A DNA stretch of 64,000 nt from Acidimicrobiia bacterium (GTDB lineage: Bacteria > Actinomycetota > Acidimicrobiia > Spongiisociales > ZC4RG35). Shown piece by piece: positions 39,763 to 49,639 of this stretch (the stretch's first letter is position 1; each line of letters begins with the position of its first letter). Where the stretch lies: contig CBDCBK010000010.1 of the NCBI GenBank assembly GCA_965214265.1, positions 281,369-345,368 on the forward strand. Reading direction: 5' to 3'. Made by a program: the position numbers and the translations under genes. The notes under the pieces are model-generated. The model was not told the DNA's origin and did no database searches. It saw only the letters and a list, made by a program, of their open reading frames with translations.

Positions 39763-40938
39763 ATGTCCGAGTCAACCCATGCTGCCCTGAAAGAACAAGC
39801 CAAACAACGAATCACCAACGAACAACCCCGCTTGGAGGAGTTGAATCGCTGGCTCTATGACCATCCCGAAGTCGCCTACCAGGAGTACCGCTCCTCCGAG
39901 CGACTCGCCCGGATCCTGGAAGGATACGGGTTCTCGGTTGAATACCCCGCCTACGGCCTGGAAACCTCCTTCGCGGCTCGGGCCGGCAGCGCAGGCCCCG
40001 AGTTGATTATCTGCTGTGAATACGACGCCCTTCCCGATATCGGACATGCCTGCGGCCACAACATCATCGCCTCAGCCGCAGTGGGCGCCGGACTGGCCCT
40101 TCAACCCCTAGCAGACTCGCTCGGTTTCCGCCTCACCGTCCTCGGCACCCCCGCCGAAGAGATCTATGGGGGGAAAGTGGATCTGATCAACGCCAAAGCG
40201 TTCGCCGGAGCAGCCGCCGCCATGATGGTCCACCCCTCTCCTCGCGATGTGGTCGACGCGCCCTCCCTCGCGATTATCCAGTTGGATGTGGCCTTTCACG
40301 GCAAGGAAGCCCATGCCTCCGCCTTTCCCGATCAAGGCATCAACGCCCTCGACGCCTTCGTGCAGTCCTATGTCAACCTCTCCACCCTGCGCCAGCACAT
40401 CCTTCCCACCGACAAGATCCATGGGATAGTCACCGACGGCGGAAAAGCACCCAACATCATCCCCGCCCTCACCCGATCAAAATGGTACGTCAGATCCCAA
40501 AACTTCGAACGGCTCGAGACCCTGATAGAGCGGGTCCGCGCCTGTTTCGAAGCGGCTGCCCTCGCCACCGGATGCCAGGTGGAGATAGAACCCATGGGAG
40601 ACGGATACACGGAGGTGATCAGCAACCCGCTCCTGACGGAGTTGTACGCCGCCAACTCCGAAGCCCTGGGGCGCCCTCTCATCAGAGGCTCCACACTGTC
40701 GCCGTCCGAAGCCGGCTCCACCGATATGGGCAACGTCTCCCAGGTAGTTCCGTCCATCCACCCCATGCTCTCCCTCCACTGTGCTCCCATCGGGAACCAC
40801 CAGCCCGCCTTCACCCGCCAAACCATCACCCCCGAAGGCCATCAGGCCATTTTCGACGGTGCAGTGGGAATGGCCTGGACCGCCATAGACCTGGCCGCCG
40901 GAAACCTCTGGGATCAACTGGGTGATGTAGTTCTTTGA
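39763..40938 (+). CDS. M20-family amidohydrolase/peptidase
   Basis: It has CEYDALPDIGHACGHN metal ligands. Confidence 0.8.
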   Translation: MSESTHAALKEQAKQRITNEQPRLEELNRWLYDHPEVAYQEYRSSERLARILEGYGFSVEYPAYGLETSFAARAGSAGPELIICCEYDALPDIGHACGHNIIASAAVGAGLALQPLADSLGFRLTVLGTPAEEIYGGKVDLINAKAFAGAAAAMMVHPSPRDVVDAPSLAIIQLDVAFHGKEAHASAFPDQGINALDAFVQSYVNLSTLRQHILPTDKIHGIVTDGGKAPNIIPALTRSKWYVRSQNFERLETLIERVRACFEAAALATGCQVEIEPMGDGYTEVISNPLLTELYAANSEALGRPLIRGSTLSPSEAGSTDMGNVSQVVPSIHPMLSLHCAPIGNHQPAFTRQTITPEGHQAIFDGAVGMAWTAIDLAAGNLWDQLGDVVL

Positions 40939-40942
40939 ACCG

Positions 40943-42124
40943 CTAGGCGGGAGAGCGGCCTCCATGCCGGGGGGCCAAGAAGAACCCGGAGCGGGGCTTG
41001 GGCACGAAAAAGGTCGTCTTGGGGGGGATGGGCAATCGGTTGTCGGCAGCGTGGATCACCTGTTCTATGGTGGCCGATGCCAACATGAAACCAACCCCTC
41101 CATGTTCGGCCACATGGTCGACTACCGTCTTCAGGCCCTCTTGGTCGGGGACGAACTCTATGCGGGGATCGGTTCGCTCGTCCTTCACCTCCAGCAGGGG
41201 ATGTAACACGCTGCGATGGAGAGCTACGGCATCCATTTCGTCTTTACGAGGGGATAACTGGATCGACCAGCAGCCCTCCCCGGTAATCGCTATCGCCTCT
41301 CCCCTGATGGGCGGACGGACCGGCGCCCTGGCCGCCCCCGCATCCTGTTCCAACCGTTCAGTCGATATCTCCGCATCCACCCACCGGTGATAGGGGTAAA
41401 TGCGAAGCTGATTGGTCGGAAAGGCCGCCACCAGCATTCTTCCCGCCGGATGGGCGTCATCGGCGCCGCATCGGACCGCGTGACGAAGATGAGCAGCGGC
41501 CCGATGGTGACCGTCCACGATGTAAGCCTTGGGAACTGTGGAGAAATCTCGCAGCAACCCGGGGAGCACATCTTGGGGAACCCCCCAAATCTGATGCAGG
41601 TGGCGGTCCTCAAAGGTCACCGAGATATCGGGCGGAGCCTGACAAATTTCTTCCACCGTCCGGTCGATCTCCTCCCGGGGAGGGTAACCCAACCCCAAGG
41701 GATTGGAGCTGTACGGAACTCTCGCCATGTAGTTAAACAGCTCATCTTCCCGATCAGTACGGGTGGTCTCGTGAGGCACCAGCGTGTGCGGCGCGGCAGC
41801 CGCCGGTGCATCTCCCACCACACCGGTCTGCTGGTGCGCGCTGCCGGTTATCCGATAAACGAACAACCCCTCCAGCAGTGGACCAAAACTACCCTTTTGG
41901 AGTTGGCGGTCCAGGTAGCCAGCAGCCTGGGACACCAGTTTGCTGAATGACCTGTTGGGCCAAATTCCAGCAGGAGTGAAGGCGTTGAAGAACGAGTCGG
42001 GGTTCTCCGAAGCCCATTGATACCGTTCATAGGGAGTTAAAGAGTCATAGTCGGGAGAAACCACCCGCCCTGCGTACTCGGGAGAGACCAGCCGGGTCTG
42101 GACGGGCCTCAGCCAGCCTTTCAT
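40943..42124 (-). CDS. DUF1015-family protein
   Basis: The start is MKGWLRPVQTRLVSPEYAGRVVSPDYDSLTPYER. An ATGA overlap couples it with serA. Confidence 0.6.
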   Translation of the reverse strand: MKGWLRPVQTRLVSPEYAGRVVSPDYDSLTPYERYQWASENPDSFFNAFTPAGIWPNRSFSKLVSQAAGYLDRQLQKGSFGPLLEGLFVYRITGSAHQQTGVVGDAPAAAAPHTLVPHETTRTDREDELFNYMARVPYSSNPLGLGYPPREEIDRTVEEICQAPPDISVTFEDRHLHQIWGVPQDVLPGLLRDFSTVPKAYIVDGHHRAAAHLRHAVRCGADDAHPAGRMLVAAFPTNQLRIYPYHRWVDAEISTERLEQDAGAARAPVRPPIRGEAIAITGEGCWSIQLSPRKDEMDAVALHRSVLHPLLEVKDERTDPRIEFVPDQEGLKTVVDHVAEHGGVGFMLASATIEQVIHAADNRLPIPPKTTFFVPKPRSGFFLAPRHGGRSPA

Positions 42125-43334
42125 TTCGCCTGCCTGCTCTGGTGGGCGGTGACCCCCACTATGTAAGGCAAGCTCTCCAGCTCCGCAACCATGGTGTCGG
42201 ACACTTCTCCTTGCACCTGCACCACTGCCACCGCGGTTCCCGCTCCGTAAAAAACCTGGTTGGTCATGTGCTGCACGTTGAGCCCCGAGGATTTGATCGA
42301 TATCAAGACGCCGGACAGTACTCCCACCTGATCGATGTGACGAATAGTGAGATAAGTCCCGGTGGGGGGGAGCGTCCCGAGATTCACCACGTTGCGCACC
42401 CGGCCTTCGGCATAGTCGGCCAGCATCCTCACGACTTCGGCCGCGATAGCATGCTGCGCCTGACGAGTGGAGGCGCCGATATGGTGGGTGACGTAGACAC
42501 GGGGATGGCTGGCCAGCTTCGACTGCCCGCTCCCCGAAGTCGCGGCGGACTCGCCGGAGAAGACATCGATTCCCACCCACAGGTCCTGTAGGTCGACTGC
42601 CTCCAGCAGAGCTTCTTCGTCCACCAGTTCGGCGCGGGCAGTGTTGATCAGCCAAGCGCCCGGTTTCATCTGGGCCAGCAGGTCGGCCGAGACCATGCCG
42701 CTGGTCTCGGGTGTGCATGGCGTGTGGAGACTGACAATGTCTGATACGGCAAAGAGTTCGTCGAGCCGTGGCACCGTCCCGACGCCCAGTTGTCTCATCT
42801 CATCAAGAGCCTCGAAGGTTCTGGGCTTCTCGACGGTGAGAAGCTTCAAGCCGAAGGCACGAGCGCGTCTGGCCACTTCGAAACCGATTTGGCCCATTCC
42901 CACTATCCCCAGGGTCCTGCCATGGAGCCCGCGAGCTTTGGAGAACTCTCTTTTCCGCCACTCGTTCTGGCGGATAGCGGTCACGTTGTCAGGTATCCGC
43001 CGGTCAATGGCCAGCATCAGCCCCATCGCCAACTCGGCCACAGCAATCGCGTTACGGCGAGGGACGTTCGACACCCAGATCGCCTGTTGGGCGGCGGCCT
43101 GACAGGCGATGGCGTTGTAGCCGGCGCCCGCCCGGATAATCCACCCCAGATCAGCCGCTGCATCTATCGTCTCGGCGGAAACCGGGGTGGAACGCACCAG
43201 CAACACGTGCACGCCACCGAGCGCTCCCGCAAGTTCAGCGCCGCTGAGTTCGGGCCGGAAAAGGCATTCGTACCCGAGCTTCCTTATCTCGGGCAGAAAC
43301 TGCTCAGGGAAATTGTCTGCCAGCAAAACTCGCA
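42121..43334 (-). CDS. serA: D-3-phosphoglycerate dehydrogenase
   Basis: The start is MRVLLADNFPEQ. It has the G-x-G-x-x-G NAD motif and a C-terminal ACT-like domain. Confidence 0.85.
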
Positions 43335-43365
43335 TGGAGAGCCTCCTCGCGGGGTTCGTCTCTAG

Positions 43366-44304
43366 TTGATGGAGGGCCATGTTCTGGGTAACCTCGTTCT
43401 GAACGTGGTTTCGGAACATTATGACCCCTCTGCCTGGAAAATTGTACCTGGTTTTGCGTTTACAGATATCACCTATCACCGGGCCGTGGGAGTGGGGGCG
43501 GTGCGGATCGCCTTCGACCGCCCCGGCGTGCGCAATGCCTTCCGCCCCCATACCGTGGACGAGTTGATCACCGCCTTGGAGCACGCCCGGCAGTGGAGCC
43601 GGATCGGGTGTGTGCTACTCACCGGAAACGGCCCCTCCCCCCGCGACGGAGGCTGGGCTTTCTGCTCGGGCGGCGACCAGCGGATCAGAGGCCGGGACGG
43701 ATACAAGTATGCCGCCGGAGCCGATGGGCCTTCCATTGATCCGGCCCGCCTGGGGAGACTTCACATCCTGGAGGCGCAGCGCATTATCCGCTTTATGCCC
43801 AAGGTGGTGATAGCGGTGGTGCCGGGGTGGGCGGTGGGCGGCGGTCACAGCCTTCACGTGGTGTGTGATTTGACTCTGGCTTGTGGCGAGCACGCCATCT
43901 TCAAACAGACCGATCCGGACGTGGCCAGCTACGACGCCGGCTACGGATCGGCCTATCTGGCCAGGATGATCGGCCAGAAACGGGCCCGGGAAGTCTTCTT
44001 TCTGGGCAGGGACTACCAGGCCGACGAGGCCAAGCAGATGGGAATGGTAAACGAGGTGGTTGCCCATGACCGCTTGGAGGAGGTCGCTCTGGAATGGGCT
44101 CGCACCATCACCTCCAAAAGCCCCACCGCCCTGCGGATGCTCAAGTTCGCCTTCAACCTGGTGGACGACGGCCTGGTGGGGCAGCAGATCTTCGCCGGGG
44201 AAGCCACCCGGCTGGGCTATGGCACCGATGAGGCGGCCGAGGGACGGGACGCCTTCTTGGAAAAGCGGCCTCCCCGCTTCGACCGTTTTCCCTGGCACTA
44301 TTAA
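43366..44304 (+). CDS. menB: 1,4-dihydroxy-2-naphthoyl-CoA synthase
   Basis: It has FCSGGDQRIRG and the C-terminus KRPPRFDRFPWHY. The exact start is uncertain; a GTG or ATG near 43366-43420 is possible. Confidence 0.9.
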   Translation: MMEGHVLGNLVLNVVSEHYDPSAWKIVPGFAFTDITYHRAVGVGAVRIAFDRPGVRNAFRPHTVDELITALEHARQWSRIGCVLLTGNGPSPRDGGWAFCSGGDQRIRGRDGYKYAAGADGPSIDPARLGRLHILEAQRIIRFMPKVVIAVVPGWAVGGGHSLHVVCDLTLACGEHAIFKQTDPDVASYDAGYGSAYLARMIGQKRAREVFFLGRDYQADEAKQMGMVNEVVAHDRLEEVALEWARTITSKSPTALRMLKFAFNLVDDGLVGQQIFAGEATRLGYGTDEAAEGRDAFLEKRPPRFDRFPWHY

Positions 44305-45205
44305 GAAGTCCTCCCCCCGGCTCACCCGTTTCCAAGCCTGGAAGATCGCCGCCCGGCCTCATACCCTGTGGGCCTCGGTGGCGCCGGTGACGGTGGGGAC
44401 CGGACTGGCCATCGGGGACGGGGTGTTCCGATGGGATGCCTACTGGATGACGCTCATCGTCGGAGTCGCCATCCAGGTGGCGGCCAACTTCGCCAACGAT
44501 GTCTCCGACGCGGCCCGCGCCGCCGACACTCCGGATCGGACAGGACCTCGCCGGATGGTGGCCGAAGGGGTGATCTCTCCTCGTCAGATGTGGATTACAA
44601 CCTGGGCGGTGGTGGGGTTGGCCTTGGCGGCGGGGTTGTATCTGATCTTCATCGCCGGATGGCTGATTGCCTGGGTGGGCGTCCTGTCGGTGCTGGCGAT
44701 GCTCACCTACGTGGGGGGGCCCTGGCCGTATGGGTACCGGGGAATGGGCGAGCTGTTCGTTTTCGTTTTCTTCGGGCTGGTCGCCACGGTGGGCACCCGA
44801 TTCGTTCACGACGTCACCGCACCTGCGGAAGCATGGGCGTTGGCCATCCCGATGGGGACACTGGCCTCCGCCATCCTGGTGGCCAACAACCTGAGGGATA
44901 TGGAGACCGATGCCCGAGCCGGAAAACGCACCCTGGCGGTGATGATGGGCGCGGTGCGCTCCAGAGCGCTTTATGTCGGCCTCCTCGGTGTGTCCTTTTT
45001 GGCGGTGGCGGCCTCCGCCGCCGGGGGGATCACGCCGCTCCCCACCCTTGCCACGCTGGGATTGGCACCCTTCGCCATCGGGCAGATGCGTGCCGTGCTA
45101 GGCGCCGCCCAAGGGCCCGCCCTGACCAGAGTACTCAAATCGACCTCCCGGCTGCAGATGGCAACGGCATTGGTCCTGGCCGTTACCGCCGCAGTATGGG
45201 GATAG
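44228..45205 (+). CDS. menA: 1,4-dihydroxy-2-naphthoate polyprenyltransferase
   Basis: It has the UbiA-fold NDxxD motif. There is no canonical start after the menB stop, so the start is placed at an ATG that overlaps menB. Confidence 0.7.
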   Translation: MRRPRDGTPSWKSGLPASTVFPGTIKKSSPRLTRFQAWKIAARPHTLWASVAPVTVGTGLAIGDGVFRWDAYWMTLIVGVAIQVAANFANDVSDAARAADTPDRTGPRRMVAEGVISPRQMWITTWAVVGLALAAGLYLIFIAGWLIAWVGVLSVLAMLTYVGGPWPYGYRGMGELFVFVFFGLVATVGTRFVHDVTAPAEAWALAIPMGTLASAILVANNLRDMETDARAGKRTLAVMMGAVRSRALYVGLLGVSFLAVAASAAGGITPLPTLATLGLAPFAIGQMRAVLGAAQGPALTRVLKSTSRLQMATALVLAVTAAVWG

Positions 45206-45271
45206 GCAAGACAGCTAGCGGAGAGGGGATGACTGGACCCGTCACGAGCGCACCGACGATCAGCCGTTGAA

Positions 45272-46040
45272 CTAAACGCGGTCGCCGTGGGTAAGGATCG
45301 CCTTCCAGAGTTGGGGAATCCCCTTCCCCTCTGTGGCGACAGTGGTGAGAACCTCGGGCCTTGGACCCGCGCGATGACCCAAAGAAATCATCTGGCGGAG
45401 AGTCCGCACCGCCCGATCAGCCCCCTCCTGGTCGGCTTTGTTGACGCAAAACACCCCCCCTATCTCGAACAGGCCGGCCTTGTCGGCCTGCACCGAGTCT
45501 CCCATACCAGGATTGACCACCACCACCACGGTCGGGGTAACTTTCATGACCTCCACTTCCGACTGCCCCACTCCCACCGTCTCCACCAACACCACATCGA
45601 ATCCTGCGAGGGTCAGAAGCTCGGTGACCGCTCGAGTGGCCTTGGCCAGTCCTCCCAGATGACCGCGGGTGGACATGGAGCGGATAAACACACCCGAGTC
45701 GGTGAAATGGGGCTGCATGCGGATCCGATCTCCCAGCATGGAGCCGCCGGTGAGGGGACTGGCCGGATCCACGGCCACCACCCCCACCGTCAGATCGGCC
45801 TCCCTTATGCAACCCACCAAGCCGGATACCAGCGTGCTCTTGCCCGCGCCCGGAGGGCCGGTGATACCTATCAGCCGCGCCGGACCAGAGTCTGCCCCCG
45901 CCGACTCCCACATCTCACCCAGCGCGGGATCGGTGGGAAAATTGTTTTCCACCAGGGTTATCGCTCTGGCCAGGGCGCGACGATCGCCAGCGCGAAGGTC
46001 GTCCAGAAGACGGGAAAGTTCCGGGCGATGATTGCCCACT
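45272..46040 (-). CDS. meaB: Methylmalonyl-CoA-mutase-associated GTPase (ArgK/MeaB family)
   Basis: It has the GITGPPGAGKST P-loop. The GTG start at 46040 is chosen to avoid overlapping nfu. Confidence 0.7.
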
Positions 46041-46056
46041 CGAGACCAATCGGAGC

Positions 46057-46356
46057 CTAGGCTTCGGCTTCGACCGAGATCACCCCCGGCACCCTTGCTC
46101 TGAGGATCCGCTCGATGCCCGTCTTGAGAGTCATCATCGACATGGGACATCCTCCGCAGGCTCCCACCATCTGGATGTTCACCACCCCCTCGTCGACCCC
46201 CAGCAAGATAAGATCTCCCCCGTCCATCTGCACCGCCGGACGGATATAGTCAAGCGCCGCCTGAAGCACGTTCAAATCGACCTTGGGAGCGGACGCTCCT
46301 TTCGGGTCAACCGCCCGGCTTTTGGGAAGTTCCAGGATTGTCTCGGTCATTTCCAT
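46057..46356 (-). CDS. NifU-like (Nfu) Fe-S cluster delivery protein
   Basis: It has the CGGCPMS motif and is 99 aa. Confidence 0.7.
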   Translation of the reverse strand: MEMTETILELPKSRAVDPKGASAPKVDLNVLQAALDYIRPAVQMDGGDLILLGVDEGVVNIQMVGACGGCPMSMMTLKTGIERILRARVPGVISVEAEA

Positions 46357-46408
46357 CTCTCTTAACCCTAAACCCCCATCGTAAACGGATCATTCCGCGA
46401 GTTACCAC

Positions 46409-47746
46409 CTAAAATAGCCGCTGTCCGCCGTCACCGCCCACTTCCTCTCGCCTGATCCGGGCGCCCAACCCTGCCAGATTCGCTACAAGATCAGCGTAGC
46501 CCCGATCAATGTGCTCCACGCCTTCTATGAAAGTGACGCCGTCGGCTACCAGGCCGGCGATCACCAGCGCCGCCCCTGCCCTTATGTCGGTGGCCATCAC
46601 CGGACAACCCGACAGCCTTTCCACTCCCCGCACTACCGCGTGCTGCCACTCGGTGTAGATATCGGCGCCCATCCGAGCCAATTCCCCCACATAGCGGAAC
46701 CGCGCATCGTAAAGGTTCTCGGTGATAACCGAGGTGCCCTTGGCGACCGACAGCACCGAGGCCATCTGGGGGTGAAGGTCGGTATGGAATCCCGGATAGG
46801 GAAGGGTGGCGAAATCCACCGCCTCGGGACGATCCGGACCGGCCAGCCTCAACCAGCCCTCACCCCTCTCCACCTCGCAGCCAACCGCGTCCAGCTTGGC
46901 AAGTTCCATACGGAGGTGAGAAGGCTCGCATCCGGTGATGGTCACCTCGCCGGCGGTGACGGCCGCCGCCATGGCGTAGGTGCCGGCCGCGATCCGGTCA
47001 GGAATCACCCGATGAGCCACCGGATGCAACTCCTTTGTACCCCTGATGCGGATAATGGGGCTCCCCACACCCGACAGGTGGGCGCCCATCTTTTCCAGTT
47101 GCCGACCCAAGTCTTCGATCTCTGGTTCACGCGCCGCGTTGATGATGGCCGAATCCCCCTTGGCCATCACCGCTGCCATCAACAGATTCTGGGTGGCGCC
47201 CACGCTCGGGAAGGAAAGCTCCATCTCGGCCCCCGAGAGTCCCCGCGGCGCCTTTCCCACCAGCACCCCGTGCACCAACTCCAACTCGGCGCCCATCTGC
47301 CGCAGGCCGTTGAGATGCATGTCGACCGGGCGAGCACCCAGATCGTCCCCACCCGGCAGAGGAACCTGCGCCTCGCCAAAACGAGCCAGCAGGGGGCCGA
47401 GCAGCAAGATGGAAGCCCGCATGGAGCGGACCAATTCCAAAGGCGCGTCCACACTCATCCGCTCCGGCACCACCATGGCAAGTTCTCTTTTGACCAGGTC
47501 ACACCTCACCCCCAAATGCTCCAACACCATCATCATCGCCCGTACATCGGCGATGTCGGGCACATTGGAAAGGCGATGCCATCCGGGGCAGAGCAGCGTG
47601 CTGATCATCTGCTGCAACACAGCGTTCTTAGCCCCCATCACCCCCACCGTCCCCCGCAGGGGAACTCCTCCTTCCAGGATTATCTCATTCAATTCAACCT
47701 TGATTGTACGAACCGGGCTCCCGTGATGCGGAACACCCGGGCGCAC
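46409..47746 (-). CDS. murA: UDP-N-acetylglucosamine 1-carboxyvinyltransferase
   Basis: It has conserved MurA blocks. The start is ambiguous, either the GTG at 47746 or the ATG at 47797. Confidence 0.85.
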   Translation of the reverse strand: MRPGVPHHGSPVRTIKVELNEIILEGGVPLRGTVGVMGAKNAVLQQMISTLLCPGWHRLSNVPDIADVRAMMMVLEHLGVRCDLVKRELAMVVPERMSVDAPLELVRSMRASILLLGPLLARFGEAQVPLPGGDDLGARPVDMHLNGLRQMGAELELVHGVLVGKAPRGLSGAEMELSFPSVGATQNLLMAAVMAKGDSAIINAAREPEIEDLGRQLEKMGAHLSGVGSPIIRIRGTKELHPVAHRVIPDRIAAGTYAMAAAVTAGEVTITGCEPSHLRMELAKLDAVGCEVERGEGWLRLAGPDRPEAVDFATLPYPGFHTDLHPQMASVLSVAKGTSVITENLYDARFRYVGELARMGADIYTEWQHAVVRGVERLSGCPVMATDIRAGAALVIAGLVADGVTFIEGVEHIDRGYADLVANLAGLGARIRREEVGGDGGQRLF

Positions 47747-47822
47747 GGCTGTCCCGGTTGCCCGAATGCCCGCCCCCCGGGCGGTAACCTCTCTCATACG
47801 TCTTCCTCGACAGGAGAACCAA

Positions 47823-48269
47823 ATGAGGGTGGCCATCGGCGCCGACCATGCGGGGTTTCCCCTAAAGCAGCAGCTCACCGGCATTCTTGCCAACCAAGGA
47901 CACACCGTCTTCGACCTCGGTACCCACGACTCCGAGCGGGTCGACTATCCCGACTACACCCTGGCGGTGGCCAATGCGATCACGGAGGGACGAGCCGATC
48001 GGGGGATCATGATCTGCGGCACCGGAGCGGGCGCCTCCATCGTCGCCAACAAGGTCAAGGGAATACGGGCCTCGATCGCTCACGACACCTATTCGGCCCA
48101 CCAGGCGGTGGAACACGACGACATGAACCTGCTGTGCCTGGGGAGCAGGGTTATAGGGCCCGCCCTCGCCGAAGAGCTGGTCAAGGCTTTTCTGGATGCC
48201 CGGCTGATACGGAAAGATGCCTATCTGCGCCGGCTGGCCAAGGTAAAGAGCCTGGACGACCAGCGGTAG
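47823..48269 (+). CDS. rpiB: Ribose-5-phosphate isomerase B
   Basis: It has MRVAIGADHAGF and MICGTGAG motifs. Confidence 0.85.
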   Translation: MRVAIGADHAGFPLKQQLTGILANQGHTVFDLGTHDSERVDYPDYTLAVANAITEGRADRGIMICGTGAGASIVANKVKGIRASIAHDTYSAHQAVEHDDMNLLCLGSRVIGPALAEELVKAFLDARLIRKDAYLRRLAKVKSLDDQR

Positions 48270-48281
48270 AAACGCCCGGGC

Positions 48282-48949
48282 TCAGCTCCCGGCCTGAGAG
48301 ATGAACTCCTCCAGTTCTTCCATGCTCTGGATGGACAGCTGGTGAAGACCCAACAACCCCTCGATACCGATGCCTGCCGCGATGCGGAACACAACCTTTC
48401 CTTCGGAGTTCAAGGCCACCCAATAGGGGAAGGCGGATAAGCCATAGGCGATGGAGGCGCGGTTGTTCTTGTCCATGATGGTGGGCGAGGTCCATCCCTC
48501 GCTCTCGAGCCAGTCGCCGGGGGGCCAGTTGGGGCGGGAAGGGTTGATGGAGGTGGCGACCCCGTAGAGATCCACCTCGGAGCTGCCCCCGGTCTGGTTG
48601 AGCCACGCCTGAACCTCGGGGACTTCCGTCTGACAGTGGGGGCACCAGTGAGCCAGGAACACGATCAGTTTGGGACGCCCGTCTGAGGGGTCGATGGTCA
48701 CCGGATTTCCCTTCCAGTCCGACCCGCTGATCAGGGAGCGTCCCATCCGAAGGCGATATCCTGGCCAACCGGCGCGTTCCCCGCCAGAACCGGGATGGGT
48801 TCTCCGGTGACTGTGACCTGCACCGCATCCGGCTCGTCGCCGCTCACGGTGCATACGCCCACCAGACCGGCGGTAAGCACTGCGACAGCCACCCCTCCGA
48901 TAATCGTCCACTTTCTTTGACTCTTGGCCTTTTGGCTCTTAGCCGTCAT
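48282..48949 (-). pseudogene. TlpA/ResA-like membrane-anchored thiol:disulfide oxidoreductase with an apparent 1-bp frameshift
   Basis: An N-terminal TM ORF (48731-48949) and a thioredoxin-fold ORF containing WCPHC join at plus ~48735-48737. A missing C/G in that run would restore DIAFGWDAPLISGSDWKGNPV. Confidence 0.6.
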
Positions 48950-49478
48950 CAGCCTGCTCTCCTGTCATAACCGGTCGTCCGAAAGCCAGGAGGATAGTGA
49001 TGATCAGGGCGAATACCCCCCCGGCCATGAACGGGATCGAGACGAACCCGAACTCCTCCACATATCGGGCAGTGCACGACACCCCTGTCCTGCACACTCC
49101 GCCGCCGACATCCGAGAGAACCTGCACCAGATAGTGATAGACACTGATAGCCAACCCCACCACTGCCAGAGGCAGCGCGTACCGGCGGGTTCGTGACTCA
49201 CCTCCTAACAGATCCACCCCGAAGATCACCACCATGGGATACATGGTGATCCGCTGATACCAGCATAACTCACAGGGCTCATAGCCGATCACCTCCGAGA
49301 AGACCAGGCTCCCCGCCGTGGCGGCGGCGGCCAATACGAAGGCCGGCCACCTCCACGACCTGTCCAGACCGAAGCCGCCCGCGGCCCGCCGCACCGGACG
49401 GAACGCCAACGCCACCGCGGCTGCCAGAGCCATCAGGACCAACAGCGCTAAAAAGCGGTTGTAAAGCTGTACTGACAT
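48939..49478 (-). CDS. Disulfide bond formation protein B (DsbB/BdbC family)
   Basis: It has the CELCWYQR motif and four TM helices. Confidence 0.75.
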   Translation of the reverse strand: MSVQLYNRFLALLVLMALAAAVALAFRPVRRAAGGFGLDRSWRWPAFVLAAAATAGSLVFSEVIGYEPCELCWYQRITMYPMVVIFGVDLLGGESRTRRYALPLAVVGLAISVYHYLVQVLSDVGGGVCRTGVSCTARYVEEFGFVSIPFMAGGVFALIITILLAFGRPVMTGEQADDG

Positions 49479-49497
49479 CTTTCTCTACTGGCGAAAG

Positions 49498-49570
49498 TAG
49501 CCCCGACGGGATTCGAACCCGCGTTACCGGCTTGAAAGGCCGACGTCCTAGGCCGCTGGACGACGGGGCC
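49498..49570 (-). tRNA. tRNA-Glu (anticodon UUC)
   Basis: The minus-strand sequence GGCCCCGTCGTCCAGCGGCCTAGGACGTCGGCCTTTCAAGCCGGTAACGCGGGTTCGAATCCCGTCGGGGCTA folds as a cloverleaf. The CCA tail is not encoded. Confidence 0.8.
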
Positions 49571-49639
49571 CTGCCTCGGCCGCATCCGAAGCCGACACCG
49601 CCAAGATGCTAACCGACCCTGTCATTTTGATAAAGAGCT

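Noticed and set aside
45272-46150. meaB ORF extended to 46150
   Set aside because: The extension overlaps the nfu-like gene by ~94 nt. Placing the GTG at 46040 puts the P-loop at the typical distance from the N-terminus.
46409-47905. Very long N-terminal extension of murA (to 47905) overlapping rpiB
   Set aside because: The conserved MurA N-terminus begins near IKVELNEI, and the extension overlaps the divergent rpiB start at 47823. An internal GTG at 47746 or ATG at 47797 is the more plausible start.
49490-49580. tRNA as an integration site for a genomic island
   Set aside because: There is no integrase or recombinase, no direct repeat of the tRNA 3' end, and no atypical composition in the neighbouring genes (DsbB, DAHP synthase).
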